Assembly: GCA_021789195.1 (NCBI GenBank) | Contig: JAJYJU010000001.1 | Coordinates: 1-50,967 of the forward strand | Origin: a bacterium | GTDB taxonomy: Bacteria; Patescibacteriota; Saccharimonadia; Saccharimonadales; UBA4665 | Direction of reading: 5' to 3' | DNA: 50,967 nucleotides | Made by a program: the position numbers and the translations under genes | In this document: piece after piece, positions 1 to 10,080 of the stretch | Layout of the letters: each line of letters opens with the position of its first letter | Position numbering within the stretch: the stretch's first letter is position 1 | Notes under the pieces: generated by a model | Database searches by the model: none | The model's input: only the letters and a program-made list of their open reading frames with translations | What the model was told of the DNA's origin: nothing

Positions 1-2
1 TG

Positions 3-182
3 GGATGGGGTACATTCGTACTTGGTCCAGTACTTGGTGCGCTTATAGGTTACAACCTGTACGTACTTCTATTTACGGACATGAAGGGCGGTTCTAAAGC
101 TGTAGCAGCGCCTGCTACTACTTCGACCTCTTCAAGCCGTGCAAAGAAAACAACTGCAAAGAAAAAGACTAGCAAGCGTTAA
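3..182 (+). CDS. 3' end of a membrane protein, probably MIP/aquaporin family (truncated by window edge)
   Basis: Frame 3 reads GWGTFVLGPVLGALIGYNLYVLLFT..., resembling the MIP last helix (W-x-x-x-x-GP-x-x-GA), then a K/T/S/A-rich tail; TAA at 180-182. Not in the ORF track; translated by hand. Confidence 0.6.
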   Translation, partial: GWGTFVLGPVLGALIGYNLYVLLFTDMKGGSKAVAAPATTSTSSSRAKKTTAKKKTSKR

Positions 183-204
183 TTAATTAACATTAGCTAG
201 CAAG

Positions 205-237
205 CTGCCCGTAATTAAATTTGCGGGCAGTTTTTTT
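205..237 (+). terminator. Intrinsic terminator
   Basis: CTGCCCGTAA-ttaaat-TTGCGGGCAG stem-loop followed by T7, between convergent genes. Confidence 0.85.
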
Positions 238-3200
238 ATATCTCGCCTTTAATTAAATCTTGTTCAAAACTAGCAATGCCTTTAGTAGACTTGGGGTACT
301 GATTGACGTTTGGAAAATCTAGGTGCATTATCTTGTTCCAAACTACTTCAATTAATTGTTTAGTTTTTTCTAGTTCGTTATCGTTATATGAAAGTTCAAT
401 GCTTTTAATTTTCCCGTCTAAAATATCCGGCTCCACAAATTGGATTACGCCGGTATTAACTTTATAGCCTTTAAACTTTGGGGAAAGTTCTACCAGTAAT
501 TTGTAAAAGTAAAGCTGATTTCTATGATGCAATATCTTGGTGTCTGATTTGTTCCACTTGGAATAACTTTTACCGGTTTTAAAATCCACTATCTTAATCG
601 TCTTTTCCTTGGGGTCTATTATTAAGCGGTCGATTGTTCCCTTTAGACGAACGGTCTTAAATGTAGGGCTGAAACCGTATTCACTTTGATCATCTTTATT
701 AATAGATAAATCGACTTGGTTTAGGTAGGCATTTAATGCGTTAGTTCCTCTAATTAGTAGTTGTTCAAAATCGTGTTTATTGATATGGCGCTTGGAAAGT
801 AGAAGCTCAAACTGATTAAGAATTTGTTTACGCTCAGGCACTTTGCCTAGGTCTTCCCTGGTCTGTTTAAAAATCCAGTCTAGTGTGTGGTGCATGGCGC
901 TGCCGTACTCAGCACTTTCTGATTGCGGCGAAGGAAAGCGGACAATTTCTTTAATAAAGAAAAGTGATGGTCCGTCTTCATTTACATTAGTAAATGTGTT
1001 TAGGTTTGTAGCCGTTAAGTAGAAATTATCTAACCGATTTTTTAAGACAGCATGCTTATCCGGGTCAAAACTATCTAGATGTCTGCTCCACCAAGTTGGC
1101 TGATCTAAGGCCAGGTTTTGGCTGGTCGATTTAGCTTTTATAACTGTTTGATATTTTTCGGGCAACAAAGGAGAAATTAACTGGTCTTCTTTTACCTGCT
1201 CGGATAGGTATGTCAGCGGGTCGCTGTATTTACCGGACAGGCTTTGGTTGTAGCTAGCTAGAACTAAATTATGGCGGGCTCTAGATACAGCTACAAAGAA
1301 AAGGCGCAATTTTTCACTATCGTTGTTTTCATTGACTTTCACAAAAGATAGATTGGCGGGTAGTCCTAGTGAGTTTGATCTTCTTCTTGAACTTCTTCCC
1401 CAGGCACTATCGATAGTGTTTATTATGATTACCGTGTTGAACTCAAGACCCTTAGAAGCATGGGCAGTCATTAGATTAACGGCGTCCTCACTTTCTCTGA
1501 ACGGAGAGTTGTCTATAATTTTTAAATTGGCTTTTTTATAGCTTTCAAAAAAATCTATGAATCCATCGAGGTTAAGATTAGTTTCGCTGTATTCATTGGC
1601 TTTGGAGCGTAGGATTGAAAGCTGGCCAATTAAACGCCAGGCGTCAGCGTTAAATGACCTTGAATTAGTGTTTAGATTATTAAAGTAGTATTCATAAAAC
1701 GGGCTTGTAAAGTCAGCTAGGTCTTTTTCATTTAATGGCAGTGTTAAGTTTCCCATTAAGTAGCTGAGCATCAATTCATAAGAGGAGTCTTCCGATAGCT
1801 GATTTAATCTAATAAAGAAAAGAGCGATTGGTTTAGTTTTAGGATGCTTAAGTAATACATCAATCCAAGCTGTTTTGTCTTCATGAGCTTTGATTGAAAG
1901 TTGCCAAATTAAACTGGTTGGTATTTGCCAATAGTTAAAGCTTAATACTTGTGGCCAGTAAGTGTCAGCTTCAGACTTGTTTCTTAAATTTACTACTAAT
2001 TTAGCGGCAGTAATTAGTTGATTAATAATGTAGTCGTCTAAAATATTATTTTTCTGTTCGTAGTTAATCGGTATTTGATTGGCATGCAGAAAAGGAATAA
2101 GGTCAATTAACATTTGGTGTTTAGGAGCAAAGACGGCAATTTCTTCGGCTTTAGAACCGGGTTGCTTAAGCAGTCCTTTAATGTAGTCGCTCACCCATGC
2201 CAGCTGCTCAATGTCTTTTTCCAGCTCCACTCGCATTACCTGACCGTTAATGTCTTTCGAGATGGCCGAGACTTGGCCTTTGTCCAGTTTAATGTCGATG
2301 GTATCTATAATTTGGTCTCTAATGTTTCCACTGAGGCTAATAATATCCTCAGTCGAGCGGTAGTTTTGTTTAAGATTTATTAGTTTGACGTCTTTATACG
2401 ATGATATAAAGCGTTTCATATGTGAGTAATGGGCGCCTTGGAAACTATAAATAGCTTGGTCGTCATCACCCACGGCTAAAATATTTGGTCTGCCTTCATA
2501 GATTGGATGATCAGCTAGAAGCTCGACCAGTTTAAGTTGTGATTCATTTGTGTCCTGAAATTCATCGAGCTGAATGTATTGGTATCTTTCCTGAAGAGTT
2601 TGCTTAAGGTCAGGGTTGTCTTTTAAGCCTTGAATTGCTAGGAGTATCATATCGTCGTAATCAAACAGCGCGTTTTGCTTCAGCAGCTTGTTATATATTC
2701 TATAAACTTCAATTAGCGCAGTTTGCTTGCTTATTAAGTCCGGGCTAATCAGTCTAAAACGTCCAAGGTCATCTTTCTCTAACCAGCTATCTTTCCATTG
2801 ACGCAAAGGTGGCGTATTGTTTTGAGCCTTAAACGTATCTACTGCACTTTCAAGTTGCTCGACCCATAAATCTTTCAGTGGTAATACGCTTTTGATGCTA
2901 ATTGTACCTGGCAATTGCTTAGATTTTTTTAATAGTTCTGCAAACAATTTTGCATTCGATTTAGACAAACGGAAAGAAGTTGGAAATATTTTTTCCAGAA
3001 GCTTATTAGCTGCAGTCATAAATTCCTGATTGCTTTTAATGACAGCTTCTAAATCGTCTGGTTTAATTAAAGCGCGCTTATAGTTGCTAATTAAGGTTTT
3101 TGTATCATTAAGGTAGAAATCATTTTTAAGCGGATTTGAATACGGTAAATCATTTAAAATTTGTCTGTATAACTTATCTATTAGTAGATCATCGGCTGGC

Positions 3201-3553
3201 TTGGCAGCTAAAACCTCAGAGCTGAATTTTTCCGGATATGTTGCAATTAATGTACGACCAAATCCATGATAAGTTGAGACCGTTATCTCAGAAGCCGAAC
3301 GTCCAATTAAATTGTTTAAACGACTTTTCATGGAAGCGACGGCTGACTCGCTGAAGGTTAAGCATAGAATGTTTTCCGGGCTTGTGTCAGTGGTTTCAAG
3401 AATTCTGCCTACTCTTGTTGCTAATAACTGGGTCTTCCCTGTTCCAGGACCAGCTATGACTAAAACAGGCCCGTCGACTAAGTCTACTGCTTGTCTCTGT
3501 TCATCATTTAACGACTTATACGATGCCGCATAGGCGGAGCTTGAAACACTCAT
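236..3553 (-). CDS. UvrD/PcrA-family SF1 helicase with C-terminal PD-(D/E)XK nuclease (AdnA/AdnB/AddA-like architecture)
   Basis: Q motif LNDEQ, Walker A AGPGTGKT, LDEFQD, VGDDDQAIYSFQGA, NYRS, MTAHASKGLEF, RLFFVAVSRA; C-terminal GTIDRL...IVDFKTG...QLYFY. Confidence 0.9.
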   Translation of the reverse strand: MSVSSSAYAASYKSLNDEQRQAVDLVDGPVLVIAGPGTGKTQLLATRVGRILETTDTSPENILCLTFSESAVASMKSRLNNLIGRSASEITVSTYHGFGRTLIATYPEKFSSEVLAAKPADDLLIDKLYRQILNDLPYSNPLKNDFYLNDTKTLISNYKRALIKPDDLEAVIKSNQEFMTAANKLLEKIFPTSFRLSKSNAKLFAELLKKSKQLPGTISIKSVLPLKDLWVEQLESAVDTFKAQNNTPPLRQWKDSWLEKDDLGRFRLISPDLISKQTALIEVYRIYNKLLKQNALFDYDDMILLAIQGLKDNPDLKQTLQERYQYIQLDEFQDTNESQLKLVELLADHPIYEGRPNILAVGDDDQAIYSFQGAHYSHMKRFISSYKDVKLINLKQNYRSTEDIISLSGNIRDQIIDTIDIKLDKGQVSAISKDINGQVMRVELEKDIEQLAWVSDYIKGLLKQPGSKAEEIAVFAPKHQMLIDLIPFLHANQIPINYEQKNNILDDYIINQLITAAKLVVNLRNKSEADTYWPQVLSFNYWQIPTSLIWQLSIKAHEDKTAWIDVLLKHPKTKPIALFFIRLNQLSEDSSYELMLSYLMGNLTLPLNEKDLADFTSPFYEYYFNNLNTNSRSFNADAWRLIGQLSILRSKANEYSETNLNLDGFIDFFESYKKANLKIIDNSPFRESEDAVNLMTAHASKGLEFNTVIIINTIDSAWGRSSRRRSNSLGLPANLSFVKVNENNDSEKLRLFFVAVSRARHNLVLASYNQSLSGKYSDPLTYLSEQVKEDQLISPLLPEKYQTVIKAKSTSQNLALDQPTWWSRHLDSFDPDKHAVLKNRLDNFYLTATNLNTFTNVNEDGPSLFFIKEIVRFPSPQSESAEYGSAMHHTLDWIFKQTREDLGKVPERKQILNQFELLLSKRHINKHDFEQLLIRGTNALNAYLNQVDLSINKDDQSEYGFSPTFKTVRLKGTIDRLIIDPKEKTIKIVDFKTGKSYSKWNKSDTKILHHRNQLYFYKLLVELSPKFKGYKVNTGVIQFVEPDILDGKIKSIELSYNDNELEKTKQLIEVVWNKIMHLDFPNVNQYPKSTKGIASFEQDLIKGEI

Positions 3554-3569
3554 TAAATTATTATACCGC

Positions 3570-4763
3570 TTAGTTAATTTTATGCTTCTCGCAATAAGTG
3601 CAAGCTACTGGTTCGGTTGAGCTATAACTGAACCATTGAGGCAATGCTTTACTCCATGGCTCGAAGTCATGAAAGGCACGAATGTCAGCAGCTTGACGAA
3701 GAAACCATGCCAGCCAGCCGTAAATATGCAAGTTTCCCCAGAATATACCGGCCCAACCCTCTCTGACTGGAATGACTGTAATAGGCGCTTTAGGTTTATA
3801 GCTTTTAAATTTCTTGTTAGCGGCTTTTCGTTTAAGGTTTGATGCAATAAATTTAGCGTCGTAAATTGCCGTTTGAGCCATGCCACTATATGGCGTATTT
3901 GCATTATCACCTAGTACATATATATCTTCTTCGGCTTGAAGGTAGACATCGGTTGCAATCTTGTGGTTGGCACTAAAAGAAAAATTGTTCTCGCCATAGA
4001 AAGGGTTATTGGCTGATCCGGCAGTCCAAATAACGGTATGGCTTAAGATCGGCTTATTATTTACCTCTAGTTCGGTTGCATCTTCGCCCTCGACGCGTTT
4101 ATTAAGATAAATTCTAATGCCTAACCGTTTTAATTCTTTAGTAATTCTACGACTGGCAGTTTTGGGAATTTTAGGTAGAACTCTTGGCGAGGAGTCTACC
4201 AGATCAATGTGGATTGGTCGTTTCTCAATACCGTGCCATTCCATAATGCGTAGTAGGTATGATTGTAATGACCCTGCCAGTTCGGTACCAGTAGCACCTG
4301 CGCCGACAATGACATAGTTTAAATCGGGTTTATGATCACTGGTTAATTGATTATGTAAATGGATTTTTAGTTTTTCAACGTCTGATATGCTCTTAACTCC
4401 AAACGAGAGTTCTGCTAAGCCGGGTATATTAAAATAGTTAGTGACTTGTCCGAGAGCAAGAATTAGACTGTCATAACCAAAATGTTTATTATCCTCGGTA
4501 CTTAGAATTTTAGTATCACGATTTAGTGATTTGGCTTTGGCGGTTACTAGCTTAACATTCTTCCCTTCAAAAATTGTCTTAAGAGCTATTGACGCATTAG
4601 CTCTAGCTCCTCCAGTCGCTACATGGTAAAGCGTTGGGAAGTATATTAAGTGCTCTTTGTCAGATAGAAGCGTGACTTCAAAGCGCTCGTCTTCACATAG
4701 CTCCAGCGCCGTTTTGGTGCCCGCAAAGCCACCGCCCACAATTAAAACTTTTTCTTTTGACAT
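3570..4763 (-). CDS. ndh: Type II NADH dehydrogenase-like FAD oxidoreductase
   Basis: Two Rossmann motifs (IVGGGFAG; IVGAGATGTELAG), IWTAG, YVLGD, MAQTA; adjacent to the cyo operon. Confidence 0.8.
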   Translation of the reverse strand: MSKEKVLIVGGGFAGTKTALELCEDERFEVTLLSDKEHLIYFPTLYHVATGGARANASIALKTIFEGKNVKLVTAKAKSLNRDTKILSTEDNKHFGYDSLILALGQVTNYFNIPGLAELSFGVKSISDVEKLKIHLHNQLTSDHKPDLNYVIVGAGATGTELAGSLQSYLLRIMEWHGIEKRPIHIDLVDSSPRVLPKIPKTASRRITKELKRLGIRIYLNKRVEGEDATELEVNNKPILSHTVIWTAGSANNPFYGENNFSFSANHKIATDVYLQAEEDIYVLGDNANTPYSGMAQTAIYDAKFIASNLKRKAANKKFKSYKPKAPITVIPVREGWAGIFWGNLHIYGWLAWFLRQAADIRAFHDFEPWSKALPQWFSYSSTEPVACTYCEKHKIN

Positions 4764-4840
4764 ACTTTATTTATTAATTTTATACCCTTTATGGGTTGCA
4801 CTCAAACTACTTTTAGGCTTATGCTTAACTATTGGATAGT

Positions 4841-6511
4841 ATGTCAGATAAAACACTAATTGACCAAATTAAAACCTACGGCTTTAAGGGCGAACTTGAT
4901 GATTCGGCGCCTACAATAGATGCTTATAGCCATGACGCATCATTGTTTGAAGTTAAACCTAAACTCGTAGCCTTTCCGTTGGATAAGTCGGATATTGAAA
5001 TATTAGTAAAATTTGTCGGTGACAACAAAGATAAAGACAGATCACTTTCTTTAACGGCCAGATCGGCTGGTACGGACATGGCTGGTGGAGCAATTAATGA
5101 TTCGATTATTATTGATTTTAGGAAACATTTAAATAAGATTGAACAGATTGAGAAAACTTTTGGGCATGCCCAGCCCGGCGTACTTTATAGGGACTTTGAG
5201 GCTCAGACTTTAAAACATCAGGCTTTAATGCCAAGTTACCCTGCGTCACGTGATATGGCTTCAATAGGTGGCATGGTAGCTAACAACTCAGGTGGTGAAA
5301 AATCGCTTGAATTTGGCAAGACAAAAGATTTTATTAATGAGCTTAAAGTTGTTTTTTCGGACGGAATTGAGCGTGTTGTTAAACCTCTAAATAAGGCTGA
5401 GCTAGATAAGAAAATGGCCCAGGATGATTTCGAAGGCGCAGTATATAGACAAGTTTATGAGCTATGCGAAAAGCATTATGATCTTATTAAATCAGCTACT
5501 CCAAAAGTCAGTAAAAACTCCATGGGTTATACCTTATGGGAGGTTTGGGATAGAGAAACTGGCATCTTTGATTTAACCAAGCTGATTGTGGGTAGCGAGG
5601 GCACGCTTGGTTTTGTGACAGATATTAATTTCCGCCTAGTGCCATCTACGCCTCATTCAGGGTTGTTAGTGCTGTTCCTAAGGAACATTGATGATCTAGG
5701 TGAACTTATTCCAGCCATTTTAGCTCATAAGCCGGCAACGTTAGAGAGTTTTGATGATCAGACGCTCTGGCTATCGATAAAGTTCATGCCTTCTTTCCAT
5801 AAGTTACTTGGTACAAAAAGGTTTATTAGTTTACTGTTTAGTTTGATTCCGGATGGACTGCAACTTATTAAGGGTATTCCAAAATTAATCGTTATGGCAG
5901 AATTTACCGGCCAAACTGAAGCTGAAGTCAGGGATAAAATTAAGGCATTGCATAGTGAGCTTAAAACAAAACGCGCCAGGTATGAGATAAACGGTTTTGA
6001 AGAGGATGCCACTGAAGGAAAAAGTGAAAAGTTTTGGGTGATGCGCCGGCAAAGCTTTAATCTTTTAAGGAGTAAAGTTAAAGACAAGCACACAGCTCCA
6101 TTCATTGATGACCTTGTTGTAAATCCACAGTATCTGGTAGATTTTCTGCCAAAGATTAGAAAGATAATTAGTAAGTACAAGCTATTTGCGACAATTGCCG
6201 GGCATTTAGGCGATGGCAATTTCCATATCATTCCGCTTATGAAGCTAGAAAATAAGGAAGAGCGAGACACTATGCTGCCGGCTATGAAAGAAGTTAATGA
6301 ACTAGTTTTAAGTTACCATGGTTCCCTGTCTGGTGAGCACAATGACGGTATGATTAGAGGTCCATGGCTAGGAAAACAGTTTGGCAGTGAAATGCTTAAA
6401 CTATTTAAAGATGTTAAACATATATTTGATCCAAAGAATATCTTTAACCCGCACAAAAAGACTGATGCGGACTGGGACTACAGCTACTCGCACATACGTG
6501 AGCATTTCTAA
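4841..6511 (+). CDS. FAD-binding (VAO/PCMH fold) oxidoreductase, D-lactate/D-2-hydroxyacid dehydrogenase-like (GlcD/YdiJ N-terminal type, no Fe-S domain)
   Basis: RSAGTDMAGG, ASIGGMVANNSGG, GSEGTLG, GHLGDGNFH, SLSGEHNDG, FDPKNIFNP. ATG at 4841 preferred over TTG at 4832. Confidence 0.85.
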   Translation: MSDKTLIDQIKTYGFKGELDDSAPTIDAYSHDASLFEVKPKLVAFPLDKSDIEILVKFVGDNKDKDRSLSLTARSAGTDMAGGAINDSIIIDFRKHLNKIEQIEKTFGHAQPGVLYRDFEAQTLKHQALMPSYPASRDMASIGGMVANNSGGEKSLEFGKTKDFINELKVVFSDGIERVVKPLNKAELDKKMAQDDFEGAVYRQVYELCEKHYDLIKSATPKVSKNSMGYTLWEVWDRETGIFDLTKLIVGSEGTLGFVTDINFRLVPSTPHSGLLVLFLRNIDDLGELIPAILAHKPATLESFDDQTLWLSIKFMPSFHKLLGTKRFISLLFSLIPDGLQLIKGIPKLIVMAEFTGQTEAEVRDKIKALHSELKTKRARYEINGFEEDATEGKSEKFWVMRRQSFNLLRSKVKDKHTAPFIDDLVVNPQYLVDFLPKIRKIISKYKLFATIAGHLGDGNFHIIPLMKLENKEERDTMLPAMKEVNELVLSYHGSLSGEHNDGMIRGPWLGKQFGSEMLKLFKDVKHIFDPKNIFNPHKKTDADWDYSYSHIREHF

Positions 6512-6567
6512 ATTTAGCTATCAGCATTAGCACTATGCTAAGATAGTGCTATAGCTTTTAGGGGGCA

Positions 6568-7461
6568 ATGAGCAAAACTAAAAAGCGGTTAGGGATTGTA
6601 TCCTTTTTGGTATTTGCAGTACTGATTACTGCCGGCGTTTATTTGTCTCATGTAAATATACCTGTTCTTCAGCCACGTGGTCCAATTGCAGATAAAGAGT
6701 TTAAATTACTAGTCTTAATAGTGAGCTCAATGCTTATTGTGGCCGTGCCGGTGTTCTTATTACTGGCTTATGTTGTATGGCGTTACAGAGAGGATAATCC
6801 AAAGCGCGGTAAATATGAACCGGACTGGGAGCATAGTCGCTGGTTAGAGGGATTGTGGTGGGCTATACCAGCTATCTTGATAACTATAGTATCGGTTATA
6901 ACTTGGAACGCGTCATATGCGCTAAACCCGTATTTGCCCTTAAAGAGTAGTAACAAAGCTATAACTATTCAGGTTGTATCTCTAAATTGGAAATGGTTGT
7001 TTATTTATCCAAACCAGAAAATTGCGACAATTAATTATTTTGAGTTGCCTGTTAATACGCCAATCCACTTCTATTTGACGTCAGATGCTCCTATGAATTC
7101 ATTCTGGCTGCCCCAATTGTCCGGTCAGATTTTTACTATGGCTGGCATGCAAACTCAGCTCTATCTAGCCGCAGATAGCATGGGAACTTATTATGGCAGT
7201 TCGGCTAACATTAGCGGCGTTGGGTTTGCTAATATGCACTTTAATGCAATTAGCGTTTCATCAACTAGTTTTAAAGCATGGGCTCTGTCTGTTAAAGATA
7301 AATCGCCCAATCTTAGCATGAATGAATACATGATGCTTCGACAGCCAAGCAGCATAGTTAAGAATGTTAACTATTCTTACCCTGTTAATTGCTTGTTTAA
7401 CACCATAATAAACAGTTACATGATGCCAGTGGCAAATGGCATGGGTAAGGTTGGAGTCTAG
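6568..7461 (+). CDS. cyoA: Cytochrome bo3 ubiquinol oxidase subunit II
   Basis: Two TM helices, WEHS..LE..WW.IP, VSLNWKWLFIYP, MNSFWLPQLSGQIFTMAGM; no CuA Cys ligands (quinol oxidase type). Confidence 0.95.
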   Translation: MSKTKKRLGIVSFLVFAVLITAGVYLSHVNIPVLQPRGPIADKEFKLLVLIVSSMLIVAVPVFLLLAYVVWRYREDNPKRGKYEPDWEHSRWLEGLWWAIPAILITIVSVITWNASYALNPYLPLKSSNKAITIQVVSLNWKWLFIYPNQKIATINYFELPVNTPIHFYLTSDAPMNSFWLPQLSGQIFTMAGMQTQLYLAADSMGTYYGSSANISGVGFANMHFNAISVSSTSFKAWALSVKDKSPNLSMNEYMMLRQPSSIVKNVNYSYPVNCLFNTIINSYMMPVANGMGKVGV

Positions 7462-7465
7462 ACGT

Positions 7466-9451
7466 ATGCTACTAAGCCTATTCGCAAACTTACTTGGCAA
7501 ACTTTCTCTTAAACAATTGCCTCATGATCCTGTAACCGCCGTCGGTGCATCAATGATAGTAGCTGTACCAATTTTGTTAGCAATTCTTTTAACTGTTACG
7601 AAACGCTGGAAATGGCTATATAGAGAGTGGCTGACGACACAGGATCATAAAAAGATTGGCATTATGTACATAATTGTAGCCGTTGCTATGGGTTTACGGG
7701 GACTGGCAGATGTTGTATTAGTGCGTGCTCAACAGGCTTTAGCTTCAGGTAATTCGCATGGCATATTGAACGCATCTCATTTTCAACAAATTGTTAGTGC
7801 GCACGGCACAATTATGATTTTCTTTGTCGCCATGGGGCTGATGTTCGGTATCATTAATTTAATTGTCCCGCTTCAGATTGGCTCACGTGATGTTGCCTTT
7901 CCATTCCTAAACGCTACCGGTTTTTGGTTGTTCTTTGCAGGGATGGCACTAATTAATGTCTCGTTAGTTATTGGCGACTTTGCGGCCACCGGTTGGTTGG
8001 CGTATCCTCCTCTAAGCGAGTTGGCATACAGCCCTACCGTAGGAGTAGATTATTGGATCTGGAGCTTAGAAATTGCCGGAATCGGCAGTCTAATGGCTGG
8101 GGTTAACTTTATTGCCACTATTCTTAAGAAGCGGGTTAAAGGAATGAAGTTAATGCTTATGCCACTGTTTAGTTGGAGTGTGCTTGGCTCAATGTTTTTA
8201 GTTGTGTTTGCCTTCCCTATCCTAACGGTTACCTTGACCTTGCTTGCCTTTGATAGAACTTTTGGCATGCATTTCTTTACGTCCAGTTATGGCGGCAACA
8301 TGATGATGTACGTTAATTTAATTTGGGCATGGGGACATCCTGAGGTGTATATCTTAGTATTGCCGGCCTTTGGTGCTTATTCAGAGGTTGTGTCTGCTTT
8401 TGCTAGAAAGCGACTGTTTGGATATACCTCAATGGTTTGGGCTATCTGGGCAATAGTTGTATTGTCATTTATAGTTTGGCTACATCACTTCTTCACGATG
8501 GGCGCTTCACCGGATGTAAATGCCTTCTTTGGTATTATGACCATGATAATTGCCGTGCCGACGGGAGTTAAACTGTTTAACTGGTTGTTCACGCTGTACA
8601 AGGGAAAGTTGAACTTAAAGACACCGCTTTATTGGTTTATTGCTTTTGTCGTGGTGTTTACGATAGGGGGAATGGCCGGTGTATTAATGGCGGTTCCGCC
8701 ACTTGACTTTCAGTTCCATAACAGCCTGTTTCTAGTTGCGCATTTCCACATGATGATAGTATCGGGCGTATTATTTGGTTACTTTGCGGCTATTACTTAT
8801 TGGTTTCCCAAGTTCTTTGGTTTTAAACTTAATGAAAGACTGGGGCGGTATGCATTCTGGAATTGGCTGATTGGTTTCTTATTAGCCTTTGTACCGCTTT
8901 ATATACTTGGCTTTATGGGAGCGACCAGACGACTCGATCATTATAGTGCTTCGCTCGGCTGGCAACCGCTCTTTATTGTTGCAGCAATAGGTGTGGTGTT
9001 TATTATCGCTGGTGTAGTGTTCCAGTTCCTGCAACTAGTAGTCAGTATCTGGCAAAGAAATAACGAAGGCATGTCACATAAAGATCCATGGGATGGGCGT
9101 ACACTTGAGTGGTCTTTGCCTACACCGGTTCCAATATATAACTTTGCCCGGTTACCGATAGTTAGTACCAGAGATGCTTTTATGGCAATAAAGAAAGCTA
9201 AGCTTATAGATAATAGGCCATATGAACCAATTGAGATTCCGAAGAATACACCACTATCTATACTTATTGCATTAGGTGCATTTCTATTTGGTTTCGCCTT
9301 TGTTTGGCATATTTGGTGGTTGGTTGTGGTCGGGTTTATAACTACAGTTTTGTCCATTATTGTAAGATCAATGGATGAGCATCCGACTAGATTATTATCG
9401 GCAAAACAAGTTGAGAAAATGGAGCAATCTTACAAAGAGGCAGCGGTTTAA
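7466..9451 (+). CDS. cyoB: Cytochrome bo3 ubiquinol oxidase subunit I
   Basis: DHKKIGIMY, LRGLAD, AHGTIMIFF, GHPEVY, WLHHFF, AHFH, DPWDGRTLEW. ATG at 7466, just after the cyoA stop, is preferred over 7436. Confidence 0.97.
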   Translation: MLLSLFANLLGKLSLKQLPHDPVTAVGASMIVAVPILLAILLTVTKRWKWLYREWLTTQDHKKIGIMYIIVAVAMGLRGLADVVLVRAQQALASGNSHGILNASHFQQIVSAHGTIMIFFVAMGLMFGIINLIVPLQIGSRDVAFPFLNATGFWLFFAGMALINVSLVIGDFAATGWLAYPPLSELAYSPTVGVDYWIWSLEIAGIGSLMAGVNFIATILKKRVKGMKLMLMPLFSWSVLGSMFLVVFAFPILTVTLTLLAFDRTFGMHFFTSSYGGNMMMYVNLIWAWGHPEVYILVLPAFGAYSEVVSAFARKRLFGYTSMVWAIWAIVVLSFIVWLHHFFTMGASPDVNAFFGIMTMIIAVPTGVKLFNWLFTLYKGKLNLKTPLYWFIAFVVVFTIGGMAGVLMAVPPLDFQFHNSLFLVAHFHMMIVSGVLFGYFAAITYWFPKFFGFKLNERLGRYAFWNWLIGFLLAFVPLYILGFMGATRRLDHYSASLGWQPLFIVAAIGVVFIIAGVVFQFLQLVVSIWQRNNEGMSHKDPWDGRTLEWSLPTPVPIYNFARLPIVSTRDAFMAIKKAKLIDNRPYEPIEIPKNTPLSILIALGAFLFGFAFVWHIWWLVVVGFITTVLSIIVRSMDEHPTRLLSAKQVEKMEQSYKEAAV

Positions 9452-9453
9452 TT

Positions 9454-10080
9454 ATGGGTGATCTAGCGACAACTTCATTATCAATTGCTAAGTCTAATCG
9501 TAAGATTGAGCAGATAGAAAACGACAATACAACGCTGTTCGGGTTTTGGGTATATCTTATGACTGATTGCGTATTGTTCGCCAGTCTGTTTGCGACCTTC
9601 GTCGTATTAAGAAATAACACATTTGGTGGACCGACCGGCGCACAACTGTTCAGTATGCCTTATGTGTTACTTGAAACAATGGCGCTTTTAACCAGCAGCT
9701 TTACTAACGGTTTAGCTCTACTGAGTGCTCAGAAGCGTAAGGTTAAACAAACTCTTTTCTGGATGGGTTTAACGTTTGTGCTGGGTTTAACATTCTTAAG
9801 TCTTGAATTAGCTGAGTTTCATAAGTTTGCTCGAATGGGAGATTCATGGACGCGAAGCGGATTCTTGTCAGCTTATTACACTCTTGTTGGTACGCATGGA
9901 GCCCACATTACAATAGGTTTACTTTGGATGGCGGTAATGGCCTTTTATATATTTAAACGTGGTATTACAAGAGTTAGCTTAAAGCGGATTCGCATGATGA
10001 GTATGTTCTGGCATTTCCTAGATGTAGTCTGGATATTTATCTTTACGATAGTCTATTTGTTTGGAGCCTTACACGCATGA
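9454..10080 (+). CDS. cyoC: Cytochrome bo3 ubiquinol oxidase subunit III
   Basis: FGFWVYLMTDCVLFASLFATF, LVGTHGAH, FWHFLDVVWIFIFTIVY. Confidence 0.96.
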   Translation: MGDLATTSLSIAKSNRKIEQIENDNTTLFGFWVYLMTDCVLFASLFATFVVLRNNTFGGPTGAQLFSMPYVLLETMALLTSSFTNGLALLSAQKRKVKQTLFWMGLTFVLGLTFLSLELAEFHKFARMGDSWTRSGFLSAYYTLVGTHGAHITIGLLWMAVMAFYIFKRGITRVSLKRIRMMSMFWHFLDVVWIFIFTIVYLFGALHA

